Shown here piece by piece: positions 19,664 through 29,182 of a DNA stretch of 64,000 nucleotides; within the stretch, counting starts at the first letter, position 1; each line of letters starts with the position of its first letter. This DNA is from Gammaproteobacteria bacterium (lineage in GTDB: Bacteria > Pseudomonadota > Gammaproteobacteria > GCA-001735895). The position numbers and the translations under genes were made by a program. Location: the NCBI GenBank assembly GCA_050288105.1, contig JBNKDE010000001.1:16097-80096 (forward strand), in the 5' to 3' direction. The notes under the pieces are model-generated. The model saw only the letters and a program-made list of their open reading frames with translations. It was not told the DNA's origin and searched no databases.

Positions 19664-20029
19664 ATGAACATTGCAGAAATCGGCGCGCGTCATTTGGCTA
19701 ATGCGCTATCTGGTGAAATGCATCATTGTACAGTCACAGAATGGCGTGATAACGAAGGTAAACCTGTCAAGGTTTACTGGAAGCCAGTGACAGGTAGCCA
19801 GCAATCAATTATTGACAGCGCCAGTGGTGAAGTAAACCGGACTTGCATGACGGTGAAGGAACGCGCATTAAATGCTGATGGCTCAAAAATATTTAAGGAT
19901 AACAGCCTTGCCTCGCTAAATAACGATTATGACTATGACGTAATCCGCACGTTGGCGCTGGTGATTTCTGGTGACATTGGTTACAGCAGTTTCACAGAAA
20001 AAGCAATTGAAGAAATGGAAAAGGAGTAA
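19664..20029 (+). CDS. Putative tail assembly chaperone
   Basis: Lies between the major tail and tape-measure genes. Confidence 0.35.
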   Translation: MNIAEIGARHLANALSGEMHHCTVTEWRDNEGKPVKVYWKPVTGSQQSIIDSASGEVNRTCMTVKERALNADGSKIFKDNSLASLNNDYDYDVIRTLALVISGDIGYSSFTEKAIEEMEKE

Positions 20030-20174
20030 AAGACGATGCGCTGTTATTCCTGGCTTATGAATATGCGGGGTACATTGGCCAGAGCGTATCAACCGTGCGT
20101 GATTTACCCGTTGCAGAGCTTGTCGGCTATGCCGCTTATAAAAAAATAGTGCTTGAATCAATATCGGAATAATT

Positions 20175-21278
20175 ATGCCAGTCAGCACACACGAGACCCG
20201 TTTTTTACTCACCGCCAAAGATAAAACAAAAGGCGTAGTAAAAGGCTTTAAAAAAGATTTTTCCGATATGGGTAAAACCGTAGGCGGCCTGCATACAAAA
20301 TTGCTGGCTCTGGCTGGTATCGGTGGCATGGGCGCGTTAATAGGTGGCATAGTCAACACCAACCGCGAAATGCAGACCTTAAAATCAAGCTTAACCACGG
20401 TTACAGGTAGTGCTGAAGCATCAGCCAGCGCCTTTGAAAAAATCCAGAAGTTTGCCGTCACCACACCATTCGATTTAAACAACTGGACCGAAGCATTTAT
20501 CAAAATGAAAGCCCTGGGCCTTGATCCATCAGAAGCCGCACTCACCAGCTACGGCAACACTGCAGCGGCAATGGGTAAAGATCTAAACCAGATGATAGAA
20601 GCAGTCGCAGACGCCGCCACGGGTGAATTTGAGCGGCTGAAAGAATTTGGCATCAAAGCAAAATCACAGGGTGAAGAAGTCACGTTCACGTTCCAGGGCG
20701 TAGCCACTACCGTTGGCAAGAACGCGAAGGAAATCGAGCAATACCTGCAATCGATAGGGCGTGAAAAATTCGGCACCGCCATGGCTGACCAGATGAATAA
20801 TTTAGGCCCAGCGTTTTCAAACATGAATCAGGCATTTTCTACTCTGGCAGTCAAAATAGGTGAAGCAGGGCTTAATGATCTAGTGATTGGATTGACCCGA
20901 AACATCACAGATTTTACTAACAGCTTTAGCGAAGAACGTCTGCACACAATCAAAAGCTTTTTTAAAGGTATTAATGATGGTTTTGCGTCTATTGCCGAAG
21001 TCATTAATGCCATCACCTGGCTACAGGGCAATGACATGCTGGAGCAATGGCAAAAAAACAACCCAGACCAGTTCGCAGGTGCGGGCAGTGTACCTGGTGG
21101 CTACCAGCTGGGTGATTTTAATCGGTCAAACGGCAACGCTGATTATTTAAATAAGCTACGTGAGCTTGAAGGTCAGAAAGATGATAAAACATCAAAGGCG
21201 CTGGAAGAAAACAATCGTTGGCAGGCGCAAATATTAGACGCCATCAAAAACCAGAAACCCTACGCAGTAGCCGGATAA
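20175..21278 (+). CDS. Tail tape measure protein (short, 367 aa)
   Basis: A tape-measure-like N-terminal region (...LHTKLLALAGIGGMGALIGG...) and coiled alpha-helical composition. Confidence 0.55.
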   Translation: MPVSTHETRFLLTAKDKTKGVVKGFKKDFSDMGKTVGGLHTKLLALAGIGGMGALIGGIVNTNREMQTLKSSLTTVTGSAEASASAFEKIQKFAVTTPFDLNNWTEAFIKMKALGLDPSEAALTSYGNTAAAMGKDLNQMIEAVADAATGEFERLKEFGIKAKSQGEEVTFTFQGVATTVGKNAKEIEQYLQSIGREKFGTAMADQMNNLGPAFSNMNQAFSTLAVKIGEAGLNDLVIGLTRNITDFTNSFSEERLHTIKSFFKGINDGFASIAEVINAITWLQGNDMLEQWQKNNPDQFAGAGSVPGGYQLGDFNRSNGNADYLNKLRELEGQKDDKTSKALEENNRWQAQILDAIKNQKPYAVAG

Positions 21279-21281
21279 CCT

Positions 21282-22055
21282 ATGGCAGTAAAAATCGATC
21301 TAAAAAGCGGCAGCACCTGGGTTCGTGATAAAAACGGTGACAGGGCCACACGTATTGCTCATATAACCGGCGTAACAGGCACGCCTGACGCCCTACTAAA
21401 GGCTGCTCTTGATGACCCAGCTATGCCTCAGTACGGCGATCATATTGACCCGGCGGATGATTCATCGATCACCGTACAGAGCATTATCGTGTCTGCATTG
21501 TCCGGCGATGTCTATCAGGCGCGCATTGAGTACTACCATGATCCAGGGAGCGTGAGCGGATCCTCCAACGCCACCGTTCAATGCAACGCAGCCACCACCG
21601 TCGAAGAAACGGCGCTAGATATAAATGGCGCAGCGATGGAAACCGTTTACACCGTAGCAGAGCAGCTGCTGTGGCAATATTCAATAGTGAAGCCCGCCTT
21701 CAGCGCCGAAGTAGAGCGCCCACGAGTTACCTATGATTTTGAGTATACCGATACAGCCTTTCCGAAAACGCTCATTGATACCTATCTGGGCAAGGTAAAT
21801 TCGGTCATCTGGAACAGTTACGCGATCAATACCGTCCTGTGTACTGCCATCAATGTCAGCCAGCAGGGCGATAATTACAGGATCAGGTTTTCATTTGCAT
21901 ATAACGAAAATACCTGGAAGTTTATCGCATCAATACCGGATGCGGTTGACAATATCGCCAGCTCAACCGATGTAGATCTAAACCTCACTACCGGAACAAA
22001 GGAATTCGACGTTTATGATGAGGTCGATTTTTCCCCGCTAGGGTTCACTTTGTAA
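21282..22055 (+). CDS. Hypothetical distal tail protein
   Basis: ORF following the tape measure gene. Confidence 0.4.
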   Translation: MAVKIDLKSGSTWVRDKNGDRATRIAHITGVTGTPDALLKAALDDPAMPQYGDHIDPADDSSITVQSIIVSALSGDVYQARIEYYHDPGSVSGSSNATVQCNAATTVEETALDINGAAMETVYTVAEQLLWQYSIVKPAFSAEVERPRVTYDFEYTDTAFPKTLIDTYLGKVNSVIWNSYAINTVLCTAINVSQQGDNYRIRFSFAYNENTWKFIASIPDAVDNIASSTDVDLNLTTGTKEFDVYDEVDFSPLGFTL

Positions 22056-22393
22056 TGAACAACGAGTGGTTAAAAGGCGTTAAGCCTGGTGATGTAATCA
22101 CAGCAGAAATGCTGAATCGCATGACCAAAGCAATCAACGCCAACACCCGAGCAGTCAGCGGCCCTAAACAAAAAACCAACCTGGATGCAGCGGCACAGCC
22201 TGGCGTTGGCACCAGTGGCGGGGCTGCAATTGGCGATGAGGTATTCACAGCAGGCCCTGCGGATATCACCAGCACAACAGTTAACATAACTGATGATGCG
22301 GGAGACATTGTCCCGGTCGAGCGCGTTGATAATATTGTATTTACCGAGACCACCAGCGGGCGAACCATGACGCTGTCAATCACATACGTTTAA
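22055..22393 (+). CDS. Hypothetical tail protein
   Basis: ORF overlapping the preceding stop codon. Confidence 0.35.
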   Translation: MNNEWLKGVKPGDVITAEMLNRMTKAINANTRAVSGPKQKTNLDAAAQPGVGTSGGAAIGDEVFTAGPADITSTTVNITDDAGDIVPVERVDNIVFTETTSGRTMTLSITYV

Positions 22394-22396
22394 AAC

Positions 22397-23710
22397 ATGG
22401 CTGAGCATATCGGGTTATTTAAATTTGCCGTAGCCGCAGCTGGGTTCGAAGCTGTTGCAACTCCCTTAGATTACACAAGCGTAAATACGATATATTGTAA
22501 CGCGGCTTTTTCTGTTGACTGGGGTGATGGGACATTTGTCCCGTATGCTGCGGGGGCGCAAAGTTCAGTAGCAAGCGGCATAATTACTGTTAAATCATCA
22601 GCCTGCACAACGTTCCAATTTTTAACAGATACATTCTCTGATATCGATGTCACTAAAGCTGATTCAATAACCAGTATTTACAGGTCATTCAGAAATTTAA
22701 CCAACCTGACCAGTTTTTCATCTGTCACACTGACGAATGTTACCTCTGCATCCGGTGCCTGGGATGGATGTTCTGGTTTAACCTCATTCCCAGCGTTGAG
22801 TTTTCCAGCAGCCACCAGTTTCAACAGCACCTGGGAAGACTGCACAGGCTTAACGTCATTTCCGGTTATTAGTGTTCCTGTTGGCGATCGTTTTCAGGCA
22901 ACATGGAGAGGCTGCACAGGTTTAACCTCATTCCCTGATATTGATTTGTCGTCCGGCACTGATTTTTATAGTGCCTGGCAAAATTGCACAGGCATAGTGA
23001 CATTCACACCAACTGATATGTCAGGCGCCATTGAGGCTGATCAGGCGTGGCAAAATTGCTCAGGACTAACATCGTTTCCTTTGGTTGATTTAACAAGCTG
23101 CACTAATTTCAGCGGGGCATGGAAGGGGTGTACTGGATTAACGTCATTTCCATTGATAGATTTTAGCGCTGCGTTAAATCTTAGTAATGCATGGGATAGC
23201 TGTACTGGATTAACATCGTTCCCAGCAATAGACACATCATCTGTTACTAATTTTTATCAAGCATGGACTGACTGCTCTGGATTAACTAGCTTCCCATCTC
23301 TTAACGTTGCATCTGGTTTAGATTTTGGCGCCACATGGTATAAGTGCTCTGGTTTAACATCTTTCCCTGCGCTGACGTTTACATCTGCAACAAACCTAAA
23401 TTTGACGTGGGGAAACTGCACAGGGCTGACCAGCTTCCCAGCAACTAATTTCCCATCTGGTGACATATTTAATTATATGCTAACTGGGTGTACCAGTATC
23501 GTAACCGTTGGCGCTTTAGGAACATCTTCTGGAACCTCTTTTATAAGAATGTTTTCTAGCAATGCCGCAATGACCACAATAGACGCGCTTGATACAACAA
23601 ACACATCAGCAGCAACACCAGATTTATTTTTAGGTTGCACATCGCTGACATCGCCTGATTCGACAGAGCAGACATTATTAAAAAGCGCTTCAGGGTATGA
23701 TTTTAACTAA
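22397..23710 (+). CDS. BspA-like leucine-rich-repeat protein, putative tail fibre / receptor-binding protein
   Basis: About 13 repeats of a 23-aa unit (AWxxCTGLTSFPxxDxS), like the BspA-type LRR (LRR_5); it is the last structural gene. Confidence 0.55.
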   Translation: MAEHIGLFKFAVAAAGFEAVATPLDYTSVNTIYCNAAFSVDWGDGTFVPYAAGAQSSVASGIITVKSSACTTFQFLTDTFSDIDVTKADSITSIYRSFRNLTNLTSFSSVTLTNVTSASGAWDGCSGLTSFPALSFPAATSFNSTWEDCTGLTSFPVISVPVGDRFQATWRGCTGLTSFPDIDLSSGTDFYSAWQNCTGIVTFTPTDMSGAIEADQAWQNCSGLTSFPLVDLTSCTNFSGAWKGCTGLTSFPLIDFSAALNLSNAWDSCTGLTSFPAIDTSSVTNFYQAWTDCSGLTSFPSLNVASGLDFGATWYKCSGLTSFPALTFTSATNLNLTWGNCTGLTSFPATNFPSGDIFNYMLTGCTSIVTVGALGTSSGTSFIRMFSSNAAMTTIDALDTTNTSAATPDLFLGCTSLTSPDSTEQTLLKSASGYDFN

Positions 23711-23802
23711 CAAAACAGGTAAATAACCACGTACAACGCCAAAATTTGATGAAATTATCGCAATATTGATATACTGGATTTATTTCAAACAAGGTCAGGG
23801 CA

Positions 23803-24099
23803 ATGAAAAGGATTTTAATACCAATTTTACTACTACTCTCATTCTCCGCAGCAGCAGACGAAAGCAACTGTGAAGGGTTACGCTGGAAGCTGGGTGACAC
23901 CAACGGACAACTCGGCATCTGGCGCGGCAGAGTCACCCCAGGGAAAGTAGAAACAATCTATTTAGAGCTATACAGCAAAGCAAAAGGCCTGATCGGGCAA
24001 GGCAGCGCACACCCAACACCATCAGGCGCATGGAAAATCGTGCTTTATGCAGATTACCAGGTCAGGAAAGAACACATCGAAAAATTCTACTGCGAATGA
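23803..24099 (+). CDS. Small secreted protein (signal peptide), prophage-end cargo
   Basis: MKRILIPILLLLSFSAAA signal peptide; lies between the fibre gene and the tRNA. Confidence 0.4.
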   Translation: MKRILIPILLLLSFSAAADESNCEGLRWKLGDTNGQLGIWRGRVTPGKVETIYLELYSKAKGLIGQGSAHPTPSGAWKIVLYADYQVRKEHIEKFYCE

Positions 24100-24215
24100 A
24101 ATTGATGCAGAACTAAATTTAACGGTTGCCAAATCGCTAAATCATTGAATTTTAAAAACACACTGTCCAAAAAGTGTCCCAAAACTGGAGGAAAGCAAGG
24201 TATACAGTCATTTGT

Positions 24216-24302
24216 TGGTGCCCAGGAGAGGACTTGAACCTCCACGACCGTAAGGCCACTAGCACCTGAAGCTAGCGCGTCTACCAATTCCGCCACCTGG
24301 GC
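24216..24302 (-). tRNA. leuX-like: tRNA-Leu (anticodon CAG), 87 nt with encoded CCA
   Basis: Cloverleaf read by hand: acceptor GCCCAGG/CCTGGGC, long variable arm, anticodon loop TTCAGGT. Confidence 0.85.
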
Positions 24303-24415
24303 AAGGTGAGGACGCGAAATATACCTGAGCTTTATTAAAAGTCAATAATTGAGTGTGGCTTTTGACCGCTTTCTATATACTGTCGCCTGATTTTTTTATA
24401 ATTAAGTAAGATATT

Positions 24416-26713
24416 TTGATAAAAGACCCTTTTAAAGAGCGAGAAGCTCAAAATTACGACCGTCCAGTCGCCAGCCGCGAGTACCTGCTCGACCTCATCA
24501 ACCAACAGACTGTTCCCATCAGCCTGGAACATATCGCTGAAATCCTGAATTACGAATCCGAAGAGGATATCGAGGCGATTCGCCGCCGCCTGAATGCAAT
24601 GGCGCGCGATGGACAGGTGTTCAAGAACCGCCGCGGTGGCTTCCTCAGTTTCGAGCATATGGACCTGGTCAAGGGCTATGTACAGGCTCACCCGGATGGT
24701 TTTGGTTTTTTGACCCCGGAAGCGGGCGGTAAGGATATCTTTATCTCGGCGCGCGAAATGCGCAAACTGATGAATGGCGATAAGGCTGCGGTGAAAATCA
24801 CCGGCTATGATCCGCGTCGCGAACGCAACGAGGGTCATGTGGTGGCAGTGCTGGAGCGCGCGCACCAGTCGGTGGTCGGGCGCTATTACCGCGAAAAAGG
24901 CATACATTTTGTCATTCCTGACGACAAGCGTCTGAATGATGACATCCTGCTGAGCCAGGATTACGACCATAGCGCGCGCCAGGGCGATATCGTGCTGGTC
25001 CGAATCCTCGAGTATCCCGACCAGCATAATCAGCCCATCGGTATGATCGAAACCGTGCTGGGTAAGGAAAATGCGCCCGGGCTGGAGGTGACTATCGCGC
25101 TTAACACGCACGATATTCCGCACAAATGGAATGACGCCGTGTTACAACAGGTGCACCAGATTCCCTCTGAAGTTGAGGAGCCAGATAAGAAAGGCCGTCT
25201 GGATCTACGCGAGCGGCCATTTGTCACCATCGATGGCGCCGATGCGCGCGACTTTGACGATGCGGTCTACTGCGAGGAAAGTGATACCGGTTTCCGCCTG
25301 TTTGTCGCCATCGCAGATGTCTCGCACTATGTGCACAAAGATTCCGCCATTGATAAGGAAGCAGTGATCCGGGGAACCTCGGTATATTTTCCGGGCGAAG
25401 TCATCCCCATGCTGCCTGAGGTGCTGTCGAACGGCCTTTGCTCGCTGAATCCCAAGGTGGATCGCCTGGTTATGGTGTGCGAGATGGAAGTGTCGCTCAA
25501 TGGGACCATTAAGAGCTACCAGTTCCATGAGGGCATCATCCATTCGCATGCGCGACTGATTTACGATCAGGTGGATGCATTCCTGTTTCAGGGGGGAGAA
25601 GATGCCACCTGTGAACCGCTCAGACATGCCCTGCAAAACCTGAAGCTGGTTTACCAGTCATTGGCCAAAGCGCGCAAAAGACGCCATGCTATCGAGTTTG
25701 ATACGCAGGAAGTGGTATTCGAATATAACGAACAGCGCAAGATCGAGAATATCCATCCCTACGAGCGCAACGAAGCGCATCTGGTGATTGAGGAATGCAT
25801 GATTGCCGCCAACATTTGCGCGGCGAAATTCCTCAAGAAACATAAAATCCCATCACTTTACCGCGTACATGCCGGACCCAATCCAGACAAGGTGCCGGGA
25901 ATGATTGAATTCCTTGCGGTATATGGTGTGCGTATGCAGGGGCTGGAACCGACACCGCAGCAGTACGCCGAAGCGCTGGAGCAGATCAAGGACCTGGAAG
26001 AATTCGATATGATCCAGACCGTCATGCTGCGCTCGTTGTTACAGGCCTGCTACAGCCCGGATACCAAAACCGGACACTTCGGCCTGGCGCTCACTGATTA
26101 TGCCCATTTTACCTCACCGATTCGGCGCTACCCGGATCTGCTGGTACACAGGGGTATTCGCCATGTCCTGCAGGGTGGCGACGCCAGTGATTTTGCCTAC
26201 AAACCTGACATGATGACAGCGTTAGGCGAGAGCTGTTCACGCTTCGAGCGTCGTGCCGACGAAGCCACGCGCGATGCTGCAGACTGGTTGAAATGCGAGT
26301 TTTTACAGAAGCATGTCGGCCAGCAGTACGATGGCCTGGTCACCTCGGTGACCGGTTTTGGCATGTTCGTGCAGTTGAAGGATTTAATGATCGATGGCCT
26401 GGTACACGTGACTTCGTTAAAGCGCGATTATTATCACTTCGATGCGGCGCATCATCGACTGGTTGGCGAGAAAACCGGACGCGTATATCAGCTCGGGGAC
26501 CGCGTAACGGTACAGGTCGCACGCGTGGATATGGACGAACGCAAGATCGATTTTGACCTGATTGCGAGTTCATCCAGTAAATTTACTGGAACCGACAACA
26601 GTGCCGATAAAAATACGCGTGGTAAAAAACCACGTGCTGCGAAAAACAGCGGTAAAAAGAAAACGCATTCAAAAAATAAAACCAACAAGAAAACCTCTAG
26701 ACGGAAGAAGTAA
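24416..26713 (+). CDS. rnr: Ribonuclease R
   Basis: Matches the E. coli RNase R sequence pattern along its length (DPFxEREA N-terminus, RNB-domain and S1-domain motifs, Lys-rich C-terminal tail). Probable TTG start. Confidence 0.9.
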   Translation: MIKDPFKEREAQNYDRPVASREYLLDLINQQTVPISLEHIAEILNYESEEDIEAIRRRLNAMARDGQVFKNRRGGFLSFEHMDLVKGYVQAHPDGFGFLTPEAGGKDIFISAREMRKLMNGDKAAVKITGYDPRRERNEGHVVAVLERAHQSVVGRYYREKGIHFVIPDDKRLNDDILLSQDYDHSARQGDIVLVRILEYPDQHNQPIGMIETVLGKENAPGLEVTIALNTHDIPHKWNDAVLQQVHQIPSEVEEPDKKGRLDLRERPFVTIDGADARDFDDAVYCEESDTGFRLFVAIADVSHYVHKDSAIDKEAVIRGTSVYFPGEVIPMLPEVLSNGLCSLNPKVDRLVMVCEMEVSLNGTIKSYQFHEGIIHSHARLIYDQVDAFLFQGGEDATCEPLRHALQNLKLVYQSLAKARKRRHAIEFDTQEVVFEYNEQRKIENIHPYERNEAHLVIEECMIAANICAAKFLKKHKIPSLYRVHAGPNPDKVPGMIEFLAVYGVRMQGLEPTPQQYAEALEQIKDLEEFDMIQTVMLRSLLQACYSPDTKTGHFGLALTDYAHFTSPIRRYPDLLVHRGIRHVLQGGDASDFAYKPDMMTALGESCSRFERRADEATRDAADWLKCEFLQKHVGQQYDGLVTSVTGFGMFVQLKDLMIDGLVHVTSLKRDYYHFDAAHHRLVGEKTGRVYQLGDRVTVQVARVDMDERKIDFDLIASSSSKFTGTDNSADKNTRGKKPRAAKNSGKKKTHSKNKTNKKTSRRKK

Positions 26714-27450
26714 TGTCTGGTCAGTACGTTTATGGCTTGCATGCAGTTAAGAAAATGCTGCAATTCTCGATTGATGACTGCGAGGCGCTGTATTTTCAGG
26801 AAACGAAAAACCAGCGCCTGCAGCAGATCATCAGCCTCGCCAAACAGAAGCAACTAGCGCTGCAAAAAGTCGACCGGGAGAAGCTGACCGAGCTGGCCAA
26901 CACCGACAAGCATCAGGGTTGCGTACTCAAGGTGAGTGCGCAGCATGCCAAAGCTGTCAGCCTGAAAGAGTTATTACTCAATGTCAGCGACAGTGATCTG
27001 TATCTGGTGCTGGATGGCGTGCAGGATCCGCATAACCTGGGTGCCTGTCTGCGCACGGCTGACGCCGCCGGGGTCAGGGCGGTGATTGTGCCCAAAGACC
27101 GTGCGGTAGGCATTACGCCGGTGGTGAAAAAGGTCGCTGCCGGTGCAGCTGAGTCTGTCCCCTTAATTACTGTGACCAATCTCGCCAGAAGCCTGAAAGA
27201 AATGAAAGACGCCGGTATCTGGCTGGTCGGCACCAGCGGCGATGCCGACAAAACCCTGTATCAGGAAACACTACGCGGTCCCGTCGCGGTGGTGATGGGT
27301 GCGGAAGGCGAAGGCATCCGCCGCCTGACCGCCGAACAATGCGATTACCTGGTCAAGCTCCCGATGCTGGGTCAGGTGGAAAGCCTGAATGTGTCGGTGG
27401 CGACCGGGGTTTGCCTGTATGAAATTAATCGCTCGAGACGAGATGATTGA
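26713..27450 (+). CDS. rlmB: 23S rRNA (guanosine-2'-O)-methyltransferase RlmB
   Basis: SpoU/TrmH-like methyltransferase of about 245 aa, translationally coupled to rnr as in other gammaproteobacteria. Confidence 0.85.
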   Translation: MSGQYVYGLHAVKKMLQFSIDDCEALYFQETKNQRLQQIISLAKQKQLALQKVDREKLTELANTDKHQGCVLKVSAQHAKAVSLKELLLNVSDSDLYLVLDGVQDPHNLGACLRTADAAGVRAVIVPKDRAVGITPVVKKVAAGAAESVPLITVTNLARSLKEMKDAGIWLVGTSGDADKTLYQETLRGPVAVVMGAEGEGIRRLTAEQCDYLVKLPMLGQVESLNVSVATGVCLYEINRSRRDD

Positions 27451-27480
27451 TTTTTGTTGCGTAGTTACATACCTTTGAAC

Positions 27481-27629
27481 AACGGACACCCAAGCACTAA
27501 CCGGTAATCCTGGTGTTTATCGGGCTCTGGGGCTACCCCAGGGTGCAATGATTACATCCTTAACGTAGCAGGAACGTCGTTGCACTGCGTGCAATCAAGT
27601 TCATGCGGACCCTGAGTTGGGTGTCCGTT
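27481..27629 (+). ncRNA. Retron msr-msd non-coding RNA
   Basis: Perfect 13-bp inverted repeats a1 (aacggacacccaa, 27481-27493) and a2 (ttgggtgtccgtt, 27617-27629) flank a roughly 120-nt region containing hairpins (ctgggg-cta-ccccag; ttgcac-tgc-gtgcaa). Lies immediately upstream of, and co-oriented with, the RT. Confidence 0.6.
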
Positions 27630-27652
27630 TTTTATTTCATAAGGAGAACATT

Positions 27653-28963
27653 TTGCATGGCCGACAGCGAAGTGATTTCGCTCAGCAATTAAGTTACTGG
27701 TTTTACAGCGCCGAATGGCACTACACCACCCTGTTGTCGAGCGCAATTCAAGCAATCGATGCGTTACCTGATGATATTGATCAACTGATTAATCAGTTAT
27801 TACTGGCCTTTCCTGTTAAACCTTCCCAGCAAGAGATACATCACTTTGTTGACCAGCACCCACTGGTAAGCTGCTGGTTTAACTGGTTTGTGAAAAAACC
27901 GAAAATTGTTCAGTACGCACTGCAAGGTCATGAACCGGCTTGCGAGAGTTCTCCCTCCCTGGCAACAACTAATGATTTACTGTTCTGGTTTGGTATTACC
28001 CAGTCGCAGCTAGACTGGCTTTGTGATACCAAATTTCGTCATGGTGATTATCGCGATCAACTGCAGCATTATCACTATCACTGTGTTAATAAACCCAGTG
28101 GGGGAGTTCGATTAATTGAATCACCTAAAAGCTTATTAAAATTTCTACAACAAAAAATAGCGCAAGATATTCTCTGTCATGCGCCGGTTCATGAAGCAGC
28201 TCATGGATTTAGGGCTAAACATAGCTGCTTAACCCATGCCAGAAATCATACTGGGAAAAGGTATTTATTAGTTTACGACCTGGCACATTTCTTTCAGTCT
28301 ATAGACTGGTTGCCTGTCTATCAGGTATTCAGAAATCTCGGCTATAACAAACTGATCGCGAGCACGCTAACCAACCTATGTACACACCGCTGTGTGTCAG
28401 GCGTGCCTGAGTTATCTCAACTCGACCCTCAACAACGTCAACGCGTTAAGCAAAGACATCTGGCGCAGGGTGCACCGTCTTCACCGGTACTTTCCAATGC
28501 GGTGATGCTGCGGCTGGATCGGCGCCTTAGTGGGTTAGCTGCAAGCCTGGGTCTGGTTTATTCACGCTATGCTGATGATTTAGCTTTTTCAACGGACCAG
28601 CATCGGGACTGGAATTTTTTAGAACCATTGATTGGCAGTATATGTATTGAAGAAGGTTTTGAGCTGAATTTTAAAAAAACGCGCCTTAAAGCCAGCCATC
28701 AAAAACAGAAGCTGGTGGGCATTGTTATCAACAATACACCTAACATTGAGCGTAGTTACTACGATGAGTTAAAAGCGATTTTAAATAATTGCATTCGTCA
28801 TGGTGCGGCTAGTCAGAACAGGTTGAATCATCCGGATTTCCCTGCCTATCTGTCGGGTCGTATCCAGTATGTGAATTCTCTGAATCCAGTTAAGGCTGAA
28901 AAGCTGAGAAGAGTATTTGAGAGAATTGATTTTTCCAAACAACAAGGGGACTTGCCTTCTTAA
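27653..28963 (+). CDS. Retron-type reverse transcriptase with an N-terminal extension of about 90 aa
   Basis: RT motifs VYDLAHFFQSI, LAQGAPSSPVLSNAVM, YSRYADDLAF and KLVGIVIN are co-linear with retron Ec86 RT. RBS AAGGAG lies ahead of TTG 27653; the six-frame ORF opens at 27617. Confidence 0.8.
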   Translation: MHGRQRSDFAQQLSYWFYSAEWHYTTLLSSAIQAIDALPDDIDQLINQLLLAFPVKPSQQEIHHFVDQHPLVSCWFNWFVKKPKIVQYALQGHEPACESSPSLATTNDLLFWFGITQSQLDWLCDTKFRHGDYRDQLQHYHYHCVNKPSGGVRLIESPKSLLKFLQQKIAQDILCHAPVHEAAHGFRAKHSCLTHARNHTGKRYLLVYDLAHFFQSIDWLPVYQVFRNLGYNKLIASTLTNLCTHRCVSGVPELSQLDPQQRQRVKQRHLAQGAPSSPVLSNAVMLRLDRRLSGLAASLGLVYSRYADDLAFSTDQHRDWNFLEPLIGSICIEEGFELNFKKTRLKASHQKQKLVGIVINNTPNIERSYYDELKAILNNCIRHGAASQNRLNHPDFPAYLSGRIQYVNSLNPVKAEKLRRVFERIDFSKQQGDLPS

Positions 28964-28984
28964 TCCCGCGACCGTTGACCTTCT

Positions 28985-29182
28985 TTAGATGTCATCAGGG
29001 GAGGGCGGAATCAAATGCCTATCATCGGATTCCCTGCCTAATTCATCATCTATATACCACTCATCTACCATTTGCTGTAAATGCTGATGTCGATTACCGC
29101 GCTCTGCAGAGCGACTACGTTGGTGCACACCACCTTTGCGCAATAACGGATTCATCGCCACGCGATTTCTACGCCCAGGCAT
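28985..29182 (-). CDS. Small basic-N / acidic-C ORF (65 aa), possible last gene of the RtcB operon
   Basis: ORF overlapping the stop codon of the 320-aa gene by 14 nt. Confidence 0.2.
   Translation of the reverse strand: MPGRRNRVAMNPLLRKGGVHQRSRSAERGNRHQHLQQMVDEWYIDDELGRESDDRHLIPPSPDDI

Larger units (their letters stand above)
1..24215 (+). mobile_element. Prophage, right-hand portion (replication/regulation, packaging, head, lysis cassette, tail); left end lies outside the window
   Basis: Contiguous co-oriented phage genes: P4 primase, Dam, terminase small and large subunits, portal, protease-capsid, tape measure, fibre. Ends next to the tRNA-Leu 3' end. Confidence 0.8.

Noticed and set aside
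19916-20545. 209-aa minus-strand ORF across the tail-chaperone/tape-measure junction
   Set aside because: It is antisense to co-oriented phage structural genes and has no RBS.
23041-23466. Two minus-strand ORFs (64 and 69 aa) with internally repetitive translations
   Set aside because: They lie antisense to the LRR-repeat fibre gene. The 69-bp DNA periodicity keeps an antisense frame open, so they are an artefact of the repeats.
24335-25123. 262-aa minus-strand ORF
   Set aside because: It is antisense within the well-supported rnr gene.
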